Positions 1 to 12,480 of a DNA stretch of 64,000 nucleotides are shown here, one piece after another (positions within the stretch are counted from its first letter, which is position 1; each line of letters opens with the position of its first letter). The notes under the pieces were generated by a model that had not been told where the DNA came from, ran no database searches, and saw only the letters and a program-made list of their open reading frames with translations. This stretch comes from Octopus vulgaris (lineage: Eukaryota). A program made the translations under genes and the position numbers. The stretch covers positions 31,992,001 through 32,056,000 of the forward strand of contig OX597825.1 of assembly GCA_951406725.2 (NCBI GenBank), given 5' to 3'.

Positions 1-281
1 TCTTCACCATCTCGTCCGGCAGCTTATTCCACGGATCTGCAACCCGGACGGAGAAAGCCCCTCTCCTTCGATTGAGATGAAATCGTCGCAGATAGAGCTT
101 TTCGGAGTGACCCCGCAGCCGACGCTCTGAAGCAGGAGTGAAGAACAGCTCTTTCGAGAGGTTACACTTTCCGCTTATGATGTTGTGAGCAAGAATGAGA
201 TCACCACGGCGTCGGCGTTTTTCTAGAGAATAAAGGTCGAGCGTCTTCAGCCTTTCTTCATAAGACAAATTCTTGAGACCA
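1..281 (-). mobile_element. CR1/L2-type LINE ORF2 C-terminal fragment (one frameshift)
   Basis: Minus strand translates to GLKNLSYEERLKTLDLYSLEKRRRRGDLILAHNII...then AFSVRVADPWNKLPDE after a 1-nt frameshift. YEERL/RRxRGDLI/FSxRVxxxWNxLP are typical CR1-clade C-terminal motifs. Confidence 0.8.
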
Positions 282-634
282 AGATAAAATAAAGTACCAG
301 TCAAATACTGAGGTCAGTGGTAGCACCTAAACCCCTCCCTTCAAAACTACAAACCTTGTCCCTTTATTGGAAACTATAATTATTATATTCAGTATGATGG
401 ATGGCAGACATTGTAGTCCAGAGTAAAACATCTGGTTCCTCTCTGAATTCAAATCCTGCTGGGAACACCTTTGTTCTCACGTTTCCAGAAGTTGGTCAAA
501 TAAACCACCAGCCTTTCTACACTCCATCTCTTCACCAAATTTGTGACTCTGTGCCAATGTTAGAAAAATATCAGATGAGCTAGTTTTTGATGGCGTTTCT
601 CTATATATCTCCATTGAATGGAGAGAAAACTCAG

Positions 635-940
635 TTTGCTTCCTAACCACATGGTCCCAGGTTCAGTTCCACTGCGTGATACCTTGGACAAGTGTCTTCT
701 ACTGTAGCCTCAGGTTGACCAAATCCATGTAAGTGGATTTTATAATAGAAAACTGAAAGAAGCCCATCGCATATATGTGTGTGTGATTGTGTCTGTGTTT
801 ATGTCCTTGTAACTTAACGGTTCAGCAAAAATGATTTATATAAGTACCAAGCTCAAATATATACTGGGTTTGATTCATTCAACTATAATTCTTCAAAGCA
901 GTGCCCTAAAATGGCTACAGACTAATGAATGAAACAAAAA
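635..940 (+). mobile_element. tRNA-derived SINE (family A), degenerate copy
   Basis: Matches the ccacatggt...ggttcagt.ccactgcgtg..accttgg.caagtgtcttctact...gaaactgaaagaagccc body seen at 42705 and 57403. Confidence 0.7.
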
Positions 941-2539
941 CTGAGACATTGTTACTGAAGGTAGGGTGACTGTTTTAATGTCCACTTTTCCATGCTTGTA
1001 TGAGGCAGATTTTATACTGCTGGATGCCCTTCCTGACACCAACCATCACCTGTCTCCAAACAAGATATTTCCCCATGGTTAGATATATTTCCATGGACTG
1101 GAAATGAGTGACTCCTCTCTATGATGGTAACACTTCTCTATAATTCTCCTGTTATGCCAAGATGAGAAGATATGTGCACACACACACCAATGATGAGATT
1201 TCAGCTTCTACACCATTCATTCACAAGGTTTTAGTCGCCTCATGGCTATAGTAGAAGACATTTACCTCACAAGTGTTGTGTAGTATAACAATCCAAAACC
1301 ATGCAATTGGGAAGTTGTGCCTTTGTCAAAGTAGAAATAAATTTATAAAACCTGTAAGTACCAACCCTTTTTGAGGTCTTGAGATTTGTAAAGATCGAAA
1401 GAATACAACTGCAAATATGTGCATCATAAACGGGGTTCTTCTGAAGTGTCTTTGGAGTAATGTTACTAAACAGAGTGGATAGCTCGGAGATGAGAGAGGA
1501 GCCACTACTTTTCTGAATTGAGGAATCACAGCACTGATACTATTGTATCTTGTGGTGAGAATGAAACAAGAAAAAATTCCTGAACATGTTTTACAGGTCA
1601 AACCAACAAGCAGGAAACCCTGGAGTAGACCATGAGCAAGATGGTTGGGTCCATAAAGTTGGTTAGTCTCACTTTGGGATTCAATCGGATCAAGTGAAGA
1701 TGGTCACTTCTGACAGGATCTGATGGTGATTGAGGAATAAGTGGTTGAAGAAGATGGGATCTAATTATCACAGCATTGTAGGATTTCTTCCTCTTTGTTT
1801 TAAAAATGTATATGCAAGGAAACAAGAAAAGCATCCGAACAATATATTCAACTCTTTATTCGGGTATATTGTGAAATGTACGTTTTTGGTCGGTCAGCAA
1901 CCACACAGCAAATCTGGAGTTAATCAAAAACACGTTTACAGTGTTCAATGGCTGCATCCCAAGTCTCCGATGCAAGGAACACGACAGAACTTTTTCCGTC
2001 AGTCTTTTAACGCATGTGCATGAGGGAACCTTCGCAGGCCTTCTAGAAGATTCCAGTCCACACACGCGCACTGAAGACTGTCAAGATGACGTCACTACAG
2101 CATCCTGCTAATATTTATTAATTAAAAAGATTATATATTAACGATGGTGATAAGGATAATAATATAAGTTACAGTTAAAATTTGCCAAAAGATATTTTGC
2201 AATCAGAAATGTTACTTCACTATGTAGTTTGAGAAGAGGGTCCACTATGAAGAATGAAAAGTAGAGGAAAAATAAATTACCATCTTAAGAAGAAAAACTG
2301 GTATAAATGCATAACACTGAGAATCTGTCTCAGAACAGACTCATCAGTTCCATGGTGATAAAAATTTAAACTCTATTCTAACTTTGCTTCAGTTAATTCT
2401 TAAAATAATGAAGAATTTAGTAAAATAGCTTTGTTGTTATTAAGCTGGTGCCTAGAACATGACATGAAATTTTGGTGGCTGATTTTAAACTTAGATGACT
2501 TTAAAATGAGGTTTGCATCATAAAAAGAGGAAAGGTGTT

Positions 2540-2910
2540 GAGCTGGCAAAATTGCTAGCACTTCAGAAAAACTGTTTAGCAGCATTCATTCTGGTTCTTC
2601 ACATTTTGAGTTCAAATCCCACCAAAGTCAACTTTGCTTTTCATACTTTCAGAATTGATAAAGTACCAGCTGCACAAAATTTGAAACCATAAGATGACAA
2701 CAGAATCATTTACACCTGGGAAAAAATGCTTAGCAACATCCACTCTACCTCTTTACATTCTGAGTTCAAATCCCACTAAAGCCAGTTTTGCCTTTCATTT
2801 TTTCTGGGTCAATAAAATAAATACCAATTAAGTATTAGGAGGAAGAGTTAATATAAATGACTTGCCCCATTCCTTCATAACTGCTGGTTTTATGTCAAAA
2901 TTAGAAATAA
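2540..2910 (+). mobile_element. Two tandem degenerate family B SINEs (Nin-domain-like)
   Basis: gagttcaaatcccac...actttgc.tttcat motif occurs twice, same family as 46432-47240 and 48666-48887. Confidence 0.6.
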
Positions 2911-3133
2911 TTAATAAGGAGGATGTGAATAGGAATATGTTCTCTAATATTGGAAGTCAAGGAGAAGAGAATCAGAACAAACACTTCAAGACATTCTCTC
3001 AGATGTTTTATCAATTCGCCTTTGAAATATCTGTTCTAAAACTGATGAAAACTAAAGGTTTCACACACACTCTACCAATATTATTTGCCTTCTTGCCACC
3101 TAACTTCTTTATTAATGAGAAGACTGAATAGAG

Positions 3134-3352
3134 ATTCTGTTGTGTCTGGGGAGAGTCATTTTCTTTTTGTGCCTTATAATGAAACACACTCTGGTAAAAT
3201 TTCCACTTATTAGTCAAGACAATTGAAAAGGTTGTAAGACACAACAAAAAGTTTAAGAAAATAAAAATAAGAAATAAGTGGAAATTTTACCAGTGAGTGT
3301 GTTACATTATAAGGCACAAAAAGAAAATGACTCTCCCCAGACACAACAGAAT
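3134..3352. mobile_element. Fold-back MITE (~78 bp arms)
   Basis: attctgttgtgtctggggagagtcatt...tttccacttatt is inverted at 3272-3352. Related to the element at 16061-16245. Confidence 0.75.
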
Positions 3353-4970
3353 ATGCTTCAACACACAAACTCATATAAAGAATCTTGCAAACCAAATCCA
3401 AAAATGAAATATGAATAAAGATTGCATCTCTGTAATTCCTCTGTCTTTTGTTGTGGTATTGGAAATTACATTTAATATAATTTAACCGTTTTGATCCCAA
3501 CCTGTCTGAGGACATCCATGGTTCTATGATACAAACTTTCTAGCTTAACCCTCAAGTATTTCAGTCAACCATATCAAGCCCAAATATTTTGCTTGTTTTA
3601 AGTGAGAGGCTGGTTAGATCCAGTGACCTAGACGGAAAGCTTGCATTAAAATTTCATGTTAATTAGTTCCAAACCACCAACTTTATTAACCCTTTGTCTG
3701 TCCAAAGCATTTTCATAAATGGATCCTCAATGTCTTTGCATGTTTTAAGACTTGTTTCATATGTTTTGAGTAAAATAAAGCTTTCCCTTTCAGAAGTCTC
3801 AAGTTACTCTGAGAAAGAAACTGGGGATGTGTACCATAAATGACAGCAGAGAAGTATGAGATAAGCAGGACAGGCAAAACGTTTATAATGACAAAATTAT
3901 TTTACTAAATCCTTCATTATCTTGAAAATTAATAGAACCAAAGGTGATATAATATCGAGAGAAATGTGGTAAGAAAAGGATTAACCAAAAATAAACCCAT
4001 TTTTATTTTATTAACTCTTTTACTGTGTAAGTCAATTGTGTCCACTCAAAATTTCACCACTTACTGTGGAAAGCAGTTTTTTAGGCCAGTCTATCTTTTG
4101 TTGAGGAATACCATGTTTAAAACTACTTTATTGTTGAGATGTGTTATATTTTTTGAAGCAGTATGACTTGCAGAAAAGGACCAATCCTATATTTAGTTAC
4201 ATATTTACTATTATTTCTGGTATTAACTAACCTTTATTTAGGAGTATAGTGTTAAAAACACTATACTTTAGTTTGCCATGTTTATAATTCTCAAAGCCCA
4301 ACCCCTCAACACTATCAGAATCACCCCGCAACAAGTATTTGACAGCTTGTTACCCAGGTATCCTAATAAATAGTACACAGGGTTGTGGTGAAAACATTTG
4401 TTATCAGAATAAAGTGGTGAGAAAAAGTTCAAAGTACACTTATTTCTGCTAGCGACAAAGAGTCTATCTCTCTCTTTCTGAGTGAAGGACAGATTATATA
4501 TCACTTGTATGTCAAGTGTAATGTTGCATAGTAGTAAGATATGGCCATTGAATAGGTGAAGACTGGGAATTAAGCAAAGGAGCCTGCTCTACTGGATATG
4601 TGTTACTTATATGCATGAAGGATGAAGCACAATTGTGCCGAGGGAGGAACTAGTCATCAGAAACATCAGCTATAATAATTGAGGACACAGTTGTCTGATA
4701 TGTAATAAGGAAGGCATGATGGCTGACAAAGTGGAAATAGCCAAGAATAGTAAAGGGTGATCTCAAGAATGCTGGTTGGGCTTTATATGAGCACATAACA
4801 CTGAGAATCTATACAAGAACAGACTTGTCAGTCCCATATCACCATGAAAAATTATAACACACTCACACACACATATATATATATAGCATTCAAAATGTGA
4901 CTGTGTGTGTACCATTGGCGATTTTTTTTTTTCGTCTGTCTTCCCTTCTCTGGATCTTTCCTTCTCCTAA

Positions 4971-5005
4971 GTTTCCGACGAAGAGCTCCACTCGAAACGT
5001 TAAAC
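4971..5005 (+). ncRNA. Minimal type I hammerhead-like motif (U4C variant core) in a short repeat at ~4895-5097
   Basis: gttt CCGACGA a gag-ctcca-ctc GAAA cg UU aaac: stem I gttt/aaac, stem II gag/ctc, palindromic AACGTT in place of stem III. Confidence 0.45.
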
Positions 5006-5093
5006 CCTCCTTCTTTCCTGAGTGTCCAATAATACTATATTTGTTCCACGTCCTCACGTTATTGTGTTTTTTTGTGCTTTCTTGTTTGGATTA

Positions 5094-5130
<37 letters not shown>

Positions 5131-5141
5131 TATATAGAAGG

Positions 5142-5192
5142 AGCTTCTACAGGACTAGTACTGTTTCATTCAAGAGAAATCTTCAGGAAGCT
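5142..5192 (-). ncRNA. Type I minimal hammerhead ribozyme motif (left arm copy)
   Basis: Exact reverse complement of 8248-8298. Confidence 0.65.
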
Positions 5193-5540
5193 ATTTAACA
5201 AGAATTGTATTAGCATTTATACATTTAGGCAGGTTTAAAGGAGTGGTGGTGGGGGACTTTTTTGGGGGTAGGCATAGCGCAAAATATCATACTTGGGGGA
5301 GTGGTCAAGGAGTCAGTGGTAAGTTAGATGAAAGAATAGATAAATAAAAAAATCAAATAATAAAATAAAAAATAAAAAATAAAAAAATAAAAAATAAAAA
5401 AATAAAAAATATATATAAAAAATATATATATAAAAAAATATATATGTAAAAAAGGGGGGATAGAGTTATAGGTAAATAAGGAGATTCTCACTTGTACCTA
5501 TACACACATGTGTATACGTATCTACACACATATATATATA

Positions 5541-5584
<44 letters not shown>

Positions 5585-5887
5585 TATATACACATATACA
5601 TACATATCTACATACACACATACATACACCCGCCCACATATACAAATTTATACACATGCACATGCATATACCTGTCTACACATACACACACGTATATATG
5701 CATACACTCACTCCCATGCATGCACGCATACACACATGTATATATATACACACGACACACATACATATATACACAGAAAAATATATATTCATACGCACAT
5801 ACACTCATGCACACACAACACACCTAGTTCCCTATATACACATATTTACACCTATATATACACATACACCCACATACACATATGTAC

Positions 5888-5920
<33 letters not shown>

Positions 5921-6025
5921 CATATACACGCATACATATATATACATGTGTGCACATACATACATATACACATATACATACACACACACATACACATGTG
6001 TACCTATACATACCTACACATACAC

Positions 6026-6060
<35 letters not shown>

Positions 6061-6471
6061 CAATCCAATACAGGCCCATTCCTAATTTTAATTTTATTAT
6101 CTTCATTTATTACTTTTGTTATCTTTGATCGCTAGAGCTAAGGATCCTGGCTATGGCAGCATGTCCATTTGTCTGTCTACTAGAAGGCAAGTACTCATTC
6201 CCGCACGCACACTCATTAGCACGTACATTCACCCATTCGTACACTCATACACATACACGTACGCACGCGTTATATTCATACATACAAACATCTACATACG
6301 TTCACGTATATACACATACGTACTCGTACCTACAGATTCGTGTCTACACTTTAGGAGGCTAGTCTATACATATACACCAATAAATATACATATATATATA
6401 TATATACACATATACATACACACACACACATATACTCCTACATACAGATACATACCTATATATATATATAC

Positions 6472-6522
<51 letters not shown>

Positions 6523-6908
6523 CATACACACACACACATATATATACACACACATACATACACATATATATACATACACAAACATATATACACACATATA
6601 TATATATATACACACATACACACACATACATACATATACACATAAACACATACATACGTATACATACATACATACATCCATACATCCATACTTACATGCA
6701 TTTATACGCATTTATGTGTATGCGTATAAATGCATGTAAGTATGGATGTATGGATGTATGTATGTATGTATACGTATGTATGTGTTTATGTGTATATGTA
6801 TGTATGTGTGTGTATGTGTGTATATATATATATATGTGTGTATATATGTTTGTGTATGTATATATATGTGTATGTATGTGTGTGTATATATATGTGTGTG
6901 TGTGTATG

Positions 6909-6957
<49 letters not shown>

Positions 6958-7365
6958 GTATATATATATATAGGTATGTATCTGTATGTAGGAGTATATG
7001 TGTGTGTGTGTATGTATATGTGTATATATATATATATATGTATATTTATTGGTGTATATGTATAGACTAGCCTCCTAAAGTGTAGACACGAATCTGTAGG
7101 TACGAGTACGTATGTGTATATACGTGAACGTATGTAGATGTTTGTATGTATGAATATAACGCGTGCGTACGTGTATGTGTATGAGTGTACGAATGGGTGA
7201 ATGTACGTGCTAATGAGTGTGCGTGCGGGAATGAGTACTTGCCTTCTAGTAGACAGACAAATGGACATGCTTCCATAGCCAGGATCCTTAGCTCTAGCGA
7301 TCAAAGATAACAAAAGTAATAAATGAAGATAATAAAATTAAAATTAGGGAATGGGCCTGTATTGG

Positions 7366-7408
<43 letters not shown>

Positions 7409-7513
7409 GTGTATGTGTAGGTATGTATAGGTACACATGTGTATGTGTGTGTGTATGTATATGTGTATATGTATGTATGTGCACACATGTATATATATGT
7501 ATGCGTGTATATG

Positions 7514-7546
<33 letters not shown>

Positions 7547-7850
7547 GTACATATGTGTATGTGGGTGTATGTGTATATATAGGTGTAAATATGTGTATAT
7601 AGGGAACTAGGTGTGTTGTGTGTGCATGAGTGTATGTGCGTATGAATATATATTTTTCTGTGTATATATGTATGTGTGGTCGTGTGTATATATATACATG
7701 TGTGTATGCGTGCATGCATGGGAGTGAGTGTATGCATATATACGTGTGTGTATGTGTAGACAGGTATATGCATGTGCATGTGTATAAATTTGTATATGTG
7801 GGCGGGTGTATGTATGTGTGTATGTAGATATGTATGTATATGTGTATATA

Positions 7851-7894
<44 letters not shown>

Positions 7895-8247
7895 TATATA
7901 TATATGTGTGTAGATACGTATACACATGTGTGTATAGGTACAAGTGAGAATCTCCTTATTTACCTATAACTCTATCCCCCCTTTTTTTACATATATATTT
8001 TTTTATATATATATTTTTTATATATATTTTTTATTTTTTTATTTTTTTATTTTTTTTATTTTTTTATTTTTTTATTTTATTATTTGATTTTTTTATTTAT
8101 CTATTCTTTCATCTAACTTACCACTGACTCCTTGACCACTCCCCCAAGTATGATATTTTGCGCTATGCCTACCCCCAAAAAAGTCCCCCACCACCACTCC
8201 TTTAAACCTGCCTAAATGTATAAATGCTAATACAATTCTTGTTAAAT

Positions 8248-8298
8248 AGCTTCCTGAAGATTTCTCTTGAATGAAACAGTACTAGTCCTGTAGAAGCT
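8248..8298 (+). ncRNA. Type I minimal hammerhead ribozyme motif (Penelope pLTR-type)
   Basis: agcttc CUGAAGA t-ttc-tctt-gaa-t GAAA cag tactagtc ctg UA gaagct: 6-bp stem I, intact core, stem III ACAG/CUGU with palindromic ACTAGT loop, predicted cleavage after GUA (8292). Confidence 0.7.
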
Positions 8299-10059
8299 CC
8301 TTCTATATAATAAATTAATTTTACTCTGCTATGTATTGAGTACCTTACTTACTGTGGTTAACCCCGAATCAACCCGGGACCTACATATATATATATATAT
8401 ATATATATACATACATACATACACACATGTACACACACATTTAAAATATTTCTTTTAAGTCTAAACAACACAAGTAAAAGAAAAGGTTGGGGGTCTGCTA
8501 CTCAGCTCTACATAACACAGCATTACCATAGAAAACCAGTGAGAAGCAACTCAATTGATTTGATTGATTTGGATGTTTAAGAAGAGGAGCATAAGATTCC
8601 CCAACCACCTGACCATGTTTTAGGTTGTCTAAAAGTGGATCTGTCAACTGAATGAAGACACAGGATTAATATTGACAACAGTGGCAAAGGAGATCATTAT
8701 GATTGAATTGGGTAGCAAAAGTGTTGTTGGCAAGAGAAAGTGGACAACAACTCTTTGAAGGTTGAACAACTAAGTCAAGGAGATCAACTTCTTAAAAAGA
8801 AAATAGTGTGTGTGGTTGGTTGTATGGGCAGAGAAAGTTAAGTGTTACGAGGTCCTGTCTTACTGAAGACTATTCAACATCTTGAGTGATGGAATCATAA
8901 AAATATGCACCCAGTACACTGTTAAATGGTTCGTGGCAGGAAGGGCATCTGGCCATAGAAACTGCGCCATAATGGAACATAAACGTGAGAAGTGGTTTTT
9001 GGGTTATCTTGGAGGGCAGCAACTCCAAATAAGAACTGAGCCATTCATGTTGATCCTTCCAACTCATACCAGCATGGAAAAGCAGATGTAAAATAATTAT
9101 GATAATGATCATGATCATGATGAATAACAATGACAGCAATAAGGATGATGATGATGGCAATCAATAATGATGATGACCATGACAACGATGATGATGACAA
9201 AAAAGATTTTTAAATCAACTGAAATAATGAAGTGAATTTATTTTAATCTTTAATCAAATATAGATTTCTGACTGATTTCTTTTATTTTCCCCCCTCAGAT
9301 TGAAATATTTTCATTAACAATGAGATCAATCAACCAACTTAAATTAATACTTACACAAAAAATGGAAACAAAAAAAAACCCTATAAAAATACAAGTCCAA
9401 TCCTTAATTTTTGCATCAAGTGCCATCATATTTTGCTCCATGAAGACATTGACCTTTTTTAGTACAAATCTGTGTGACTTCTGGTGATTTTTACCAAACT
9501 TGACATATTTCTTCTGCTAAATCATTGCCAGAAAGTAGTAAGACTTTACCATTCAGTCTTTCTAGAGCCAGGTCTAATTGGAAAGTCTCTCTCTCTCTCT
9601 CTCTTAGAATATCAATAACTAGTAGGGATGCAGTATTTCATTATGCAACCCTAATATATTACAAAGAATATATTAAATGTTTTTATAAGTCAATATTTTG
9701 TCCTACTGTGTTAGCAGTGCATTTTACATCAGTTGTTGAGGTTATCTCTACAAGATATTCTATAGAAATTATTGCCTGCACAGATTTTTGTTACAACCTT
9801 TCATATCCAAGACAGCAGATGTAAAGAAAGAATGAGATTGAAGATGAGAAAAGGGTAATGGGCATATATGTCATATTTTGGGAGATTTTGATCTTTCATC
9901 AGCACCCATCTAACTCCTTAATCATCTCCTCACAGAGGGGATGACAAGGAACTGAAATTCCCAGCAGTTTGCTGCACTTGAGAAGACGTGTCAAGTAAAA
10001 CCATGGCCATCCATCCCTACAGTCATGTCCTTTCAGGCCATGCTCTTCACTGCCACTCA

Positions 10060-10307
10060 CTCTCTCGGCCAAGAGGCCATTATGTTGTGGGCTCAAAAGT
10101 GCTGGTGTTACATAGAAAGCATCCAAGCTGGTACCACTTACAAAGACACCCAATACAATCTGTAAAGTGGTTGGCATTAGGTAGGGTATCCAAGCATAAA
10201 AAACATGTCAGAACAGCCAATTGGAGCCTGGCACAGCTCTTCAGCTTGCCAGCTCCTGTCAAACTGTCCAACCCATGCCATCATGGAAGACAGACATATG
10301 ATGATGA

Positions 10308-10310
<3 letters not shown>
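10060..10310 (+). mobile_element. RTE 3'-end-derived short copy ending in (GAT)n
   Basis: gtggttggcattagg.agggtatcca...aacccatgcca.catggaa...gatgatgatga matches the 3' end of the RTE at 30440-30626. Confidence 0.7.
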
Positions 10311-10343
<33 letters not shown>

Positions 10344-10524
10344 AACTTAATTGTTATGGACAATTTGTCAAATTTTGGCATATTTGGCATTAGAAATTTT
10401 TTCGTTTGCCCTTATTTATAAGTTGTTTATAAATATAACCTTTAGAGGTATTTTTCAATATGCTGGCCATTCATAAAATTTTTTTTTCGAAAAAAATTTA
10501 TCCTACATTAAATATATATATATG

Positions 10525-10805
10525 GGCCGTGACTACTGAGGACATGCAAAAGCTTGCAAGGAATGAAGCCAGTATGCTCTGATGGATGTGTAATGTCAGT
10601 GTGCATACTTGACAGAGTGTAAGTATCTTGAGAGAAAAGTTGGACCTAAGAAGCATCAGATGTGGTGTGCGAGAGAGACGTTTGCGCTGGTATGGTTATG
10701 TGGCAAGAATGGATGAGGATAGCTGTGTGAAAAAGTGTCATACCCTAGCAGTTGAGGAAACCTGTGGAAGAGGTAGACCCAGGAAAACCTGGGATGAGGT
10801 GGTGA
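10525..10805 (+). mobile_element. RTE LINE fragment, same family as 27986-30626
   Basis: [36 protein letters not shown]...[13 protein letters not shown] is near-identical to the C-terminus of ORF 29044-30381. Confidence 0.85.
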
Positions 10806-10854
10806 ATCTGGAGAAGAAGCACACTCAAAAAAGTAGAGCAGTCTATATTTTTTA

Positions 10855-11022
10855 CTGGGGAAGGCCAGTTTATGGGTTCCCTTGAGTTTCCCATCCATAA
10901 AGGGTTTAACTTTATGGCATTTCATCAGACCCCAAGACCTGTTGATCAGTTTGATACACCATAAAGTTAAACCCTTTATGGACGGGAAACCTAGGGTAAT
11001 TCCATAAACCGGCTTTCCCCAG
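10855..11022. mobile_element. Hairpin MITE with TA TSD (Tc1/mariner-type)
   Basis: TA|CTGGGGAA...TTCCCCAG|TA with ~65 bp imperfect inverted arms. Confidence 0.7.
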
Positions 11023-11039
11023 TAAAAAAAAAAATATAT

Positions 11040-12480
11040 ATGGTGGTTGTCTACTCCTTATACAGAGTTTGACCACCCCCTGTACCTACACCTTAGCACC
11101 ATCATGGCAACTGATGTGGCTTTTTAAACCAGACAATGTTCTGAAAAGACACCCACATAGATCGCACCTCCGGTTTGGACCACCAAGAGCTGCAGGTAAG
11201 TTATGCTCTTTGTGGATCTTGAAATGTCTTTTGAGGCCTCCGTTGGATTTGCAAACCTTGTCATACACTGCATTCAAAGGTGTGCACAGACATATAGTCA
11301 GAATAGTTTGTGGAAGTTAGTTTTCCATCCGTTTGCAGATGAGATTTGAGGCCAGCCAAAGACAGGCATGGTCTATCTCAGACTGTGCACACAAAAAGGT
11401 CATTGTCATTCACCTTCTCGATTGTTACATTCTTCCTTAGATCTCTTTTGAGTCTTACTTGCATTATCCTGACCTCTTCAAATGCTTTTACTCCACTCTA
11501 CACCTTTCTTTGCCATCCAACTAGATCCAAAGCAAGGGTTTCTATATCTTCTGGAATCATTCATAGTAGGCCTTATACCATCCTTGAACCTTTTTTTAGG
11601 TTTGCACTGATAACATTTCCCCTCTGCAAGCTCACCATGAAACAGCTGTTTTGGCATGCGTTCATCTGCCATTGAGATGGTCACACCATCTCAATGGCCA
11701 CACCATCTCAATTGGTTCCTCAAAATCATAGCTTTAATTGAGGGGATGCCTGCAGATGCAAGGACATCTGTGTTTGGGAGTAAAAGACCTCCATTGAATT
11801 TTTTAAATGCGATGAAGACATTTTTGATGGAATTGTTCCAACAGTTTAAAATACCTTTCATAACAAGTCCAAGTTTCATAGGAATACAACAGGGATGGTA
11901 AGACAAATGATTTGTAAAGAGCCAACTTTGTATTCTTATTTATATGTTACTAGCACCAAGTACGTGACTTCAAGCTACCAAATGCTTTTGCTGCCCTTTG
12001 AATACACAACTGTATTTCTGTATCAAGATTTCCATCATTTTGAACAGAGCTTCCAAGTTAGACGAACGAATAGGCAACCTCAAGTAACTTTCCCTTAACA
12101 AAAGTTTTAGTGGGGCGTTACAAACAGCACCATGTGCAGGTTGATGCTTTACAACTGTTTTTTCAAGTTGGTGGTCAAGCCCAAATCCTCACAAGCCAAG
12201 TCAAATACAGATACAAGAGATTGCAGACCTGTTTCAGAATTATTGACAAGATTGCAATCGCCAGCATACAAGAGTGAAGTAAAAACCTTTGTTTTGAATT
12301 TCAGTCTGGTTAGATTAAAAACATACCCTGTTGTTTGATATTTTATGTAAATACCCTCCTCAGAGTTTTGAAAAGCATGTGACAACACAACAGTAAAGTA
12401 TATTGCAAAGAGGGTAGGTGCATCAAGGTCTTGCTTTACTCCATTTTCCATTGTATTTAGTACGGTATCATCCATACAAT
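11040..12480 (-). mobile_element. Degraded RTE-clade LINE, RT C-half plus C-terminal C2H2 zinc fingers
   Basis: Fragments NGVKQ..APTLF, LLYAGD, QLRWCGH, MADERMPKQLFHGEL, PKKRFKD, and CKSNGGLKRHFKIH / CDLCGCLFRTLSGLKSH. Confidence 0.8.

Larger units (their letters stand above)
5125..8315. repeat. Giant near-perfect palindrome, two ~1.59 kb arms with an 8-nt loop at 6712-6719
   Basis: Arms are reverse complements, including the non-microsatellite cores (5125-5340/8095-8315 and 6060-6370/7060-7370). Mirrored ORFs 6116+ and 7313- share the same sequence. Only a few indels or substitutions seen. Confidence 0.95.

Noticed and set aside
1326-2110. Possible exon(s) of a minus-strand gene
   Set aside because: All frames are interrupted, no recognisable protein, and the right end matches the interspersed repeat at 30810-30900.
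2300-2352. Minus-strand CTGATGA-gtct..agac hammerhead candidate, and CTGATGA at 3042
   Set aside because: The required GAAA after stem II is absent (AGAT and CAC instead).
5466-7969. Many 60-200 aa Y/I/H/T or C/V/M-rich ORFs
   Set aside because: Translations of TA/CA microsatellites inside the palindrome. The same applies to 23218-23768 and 61488-61954.
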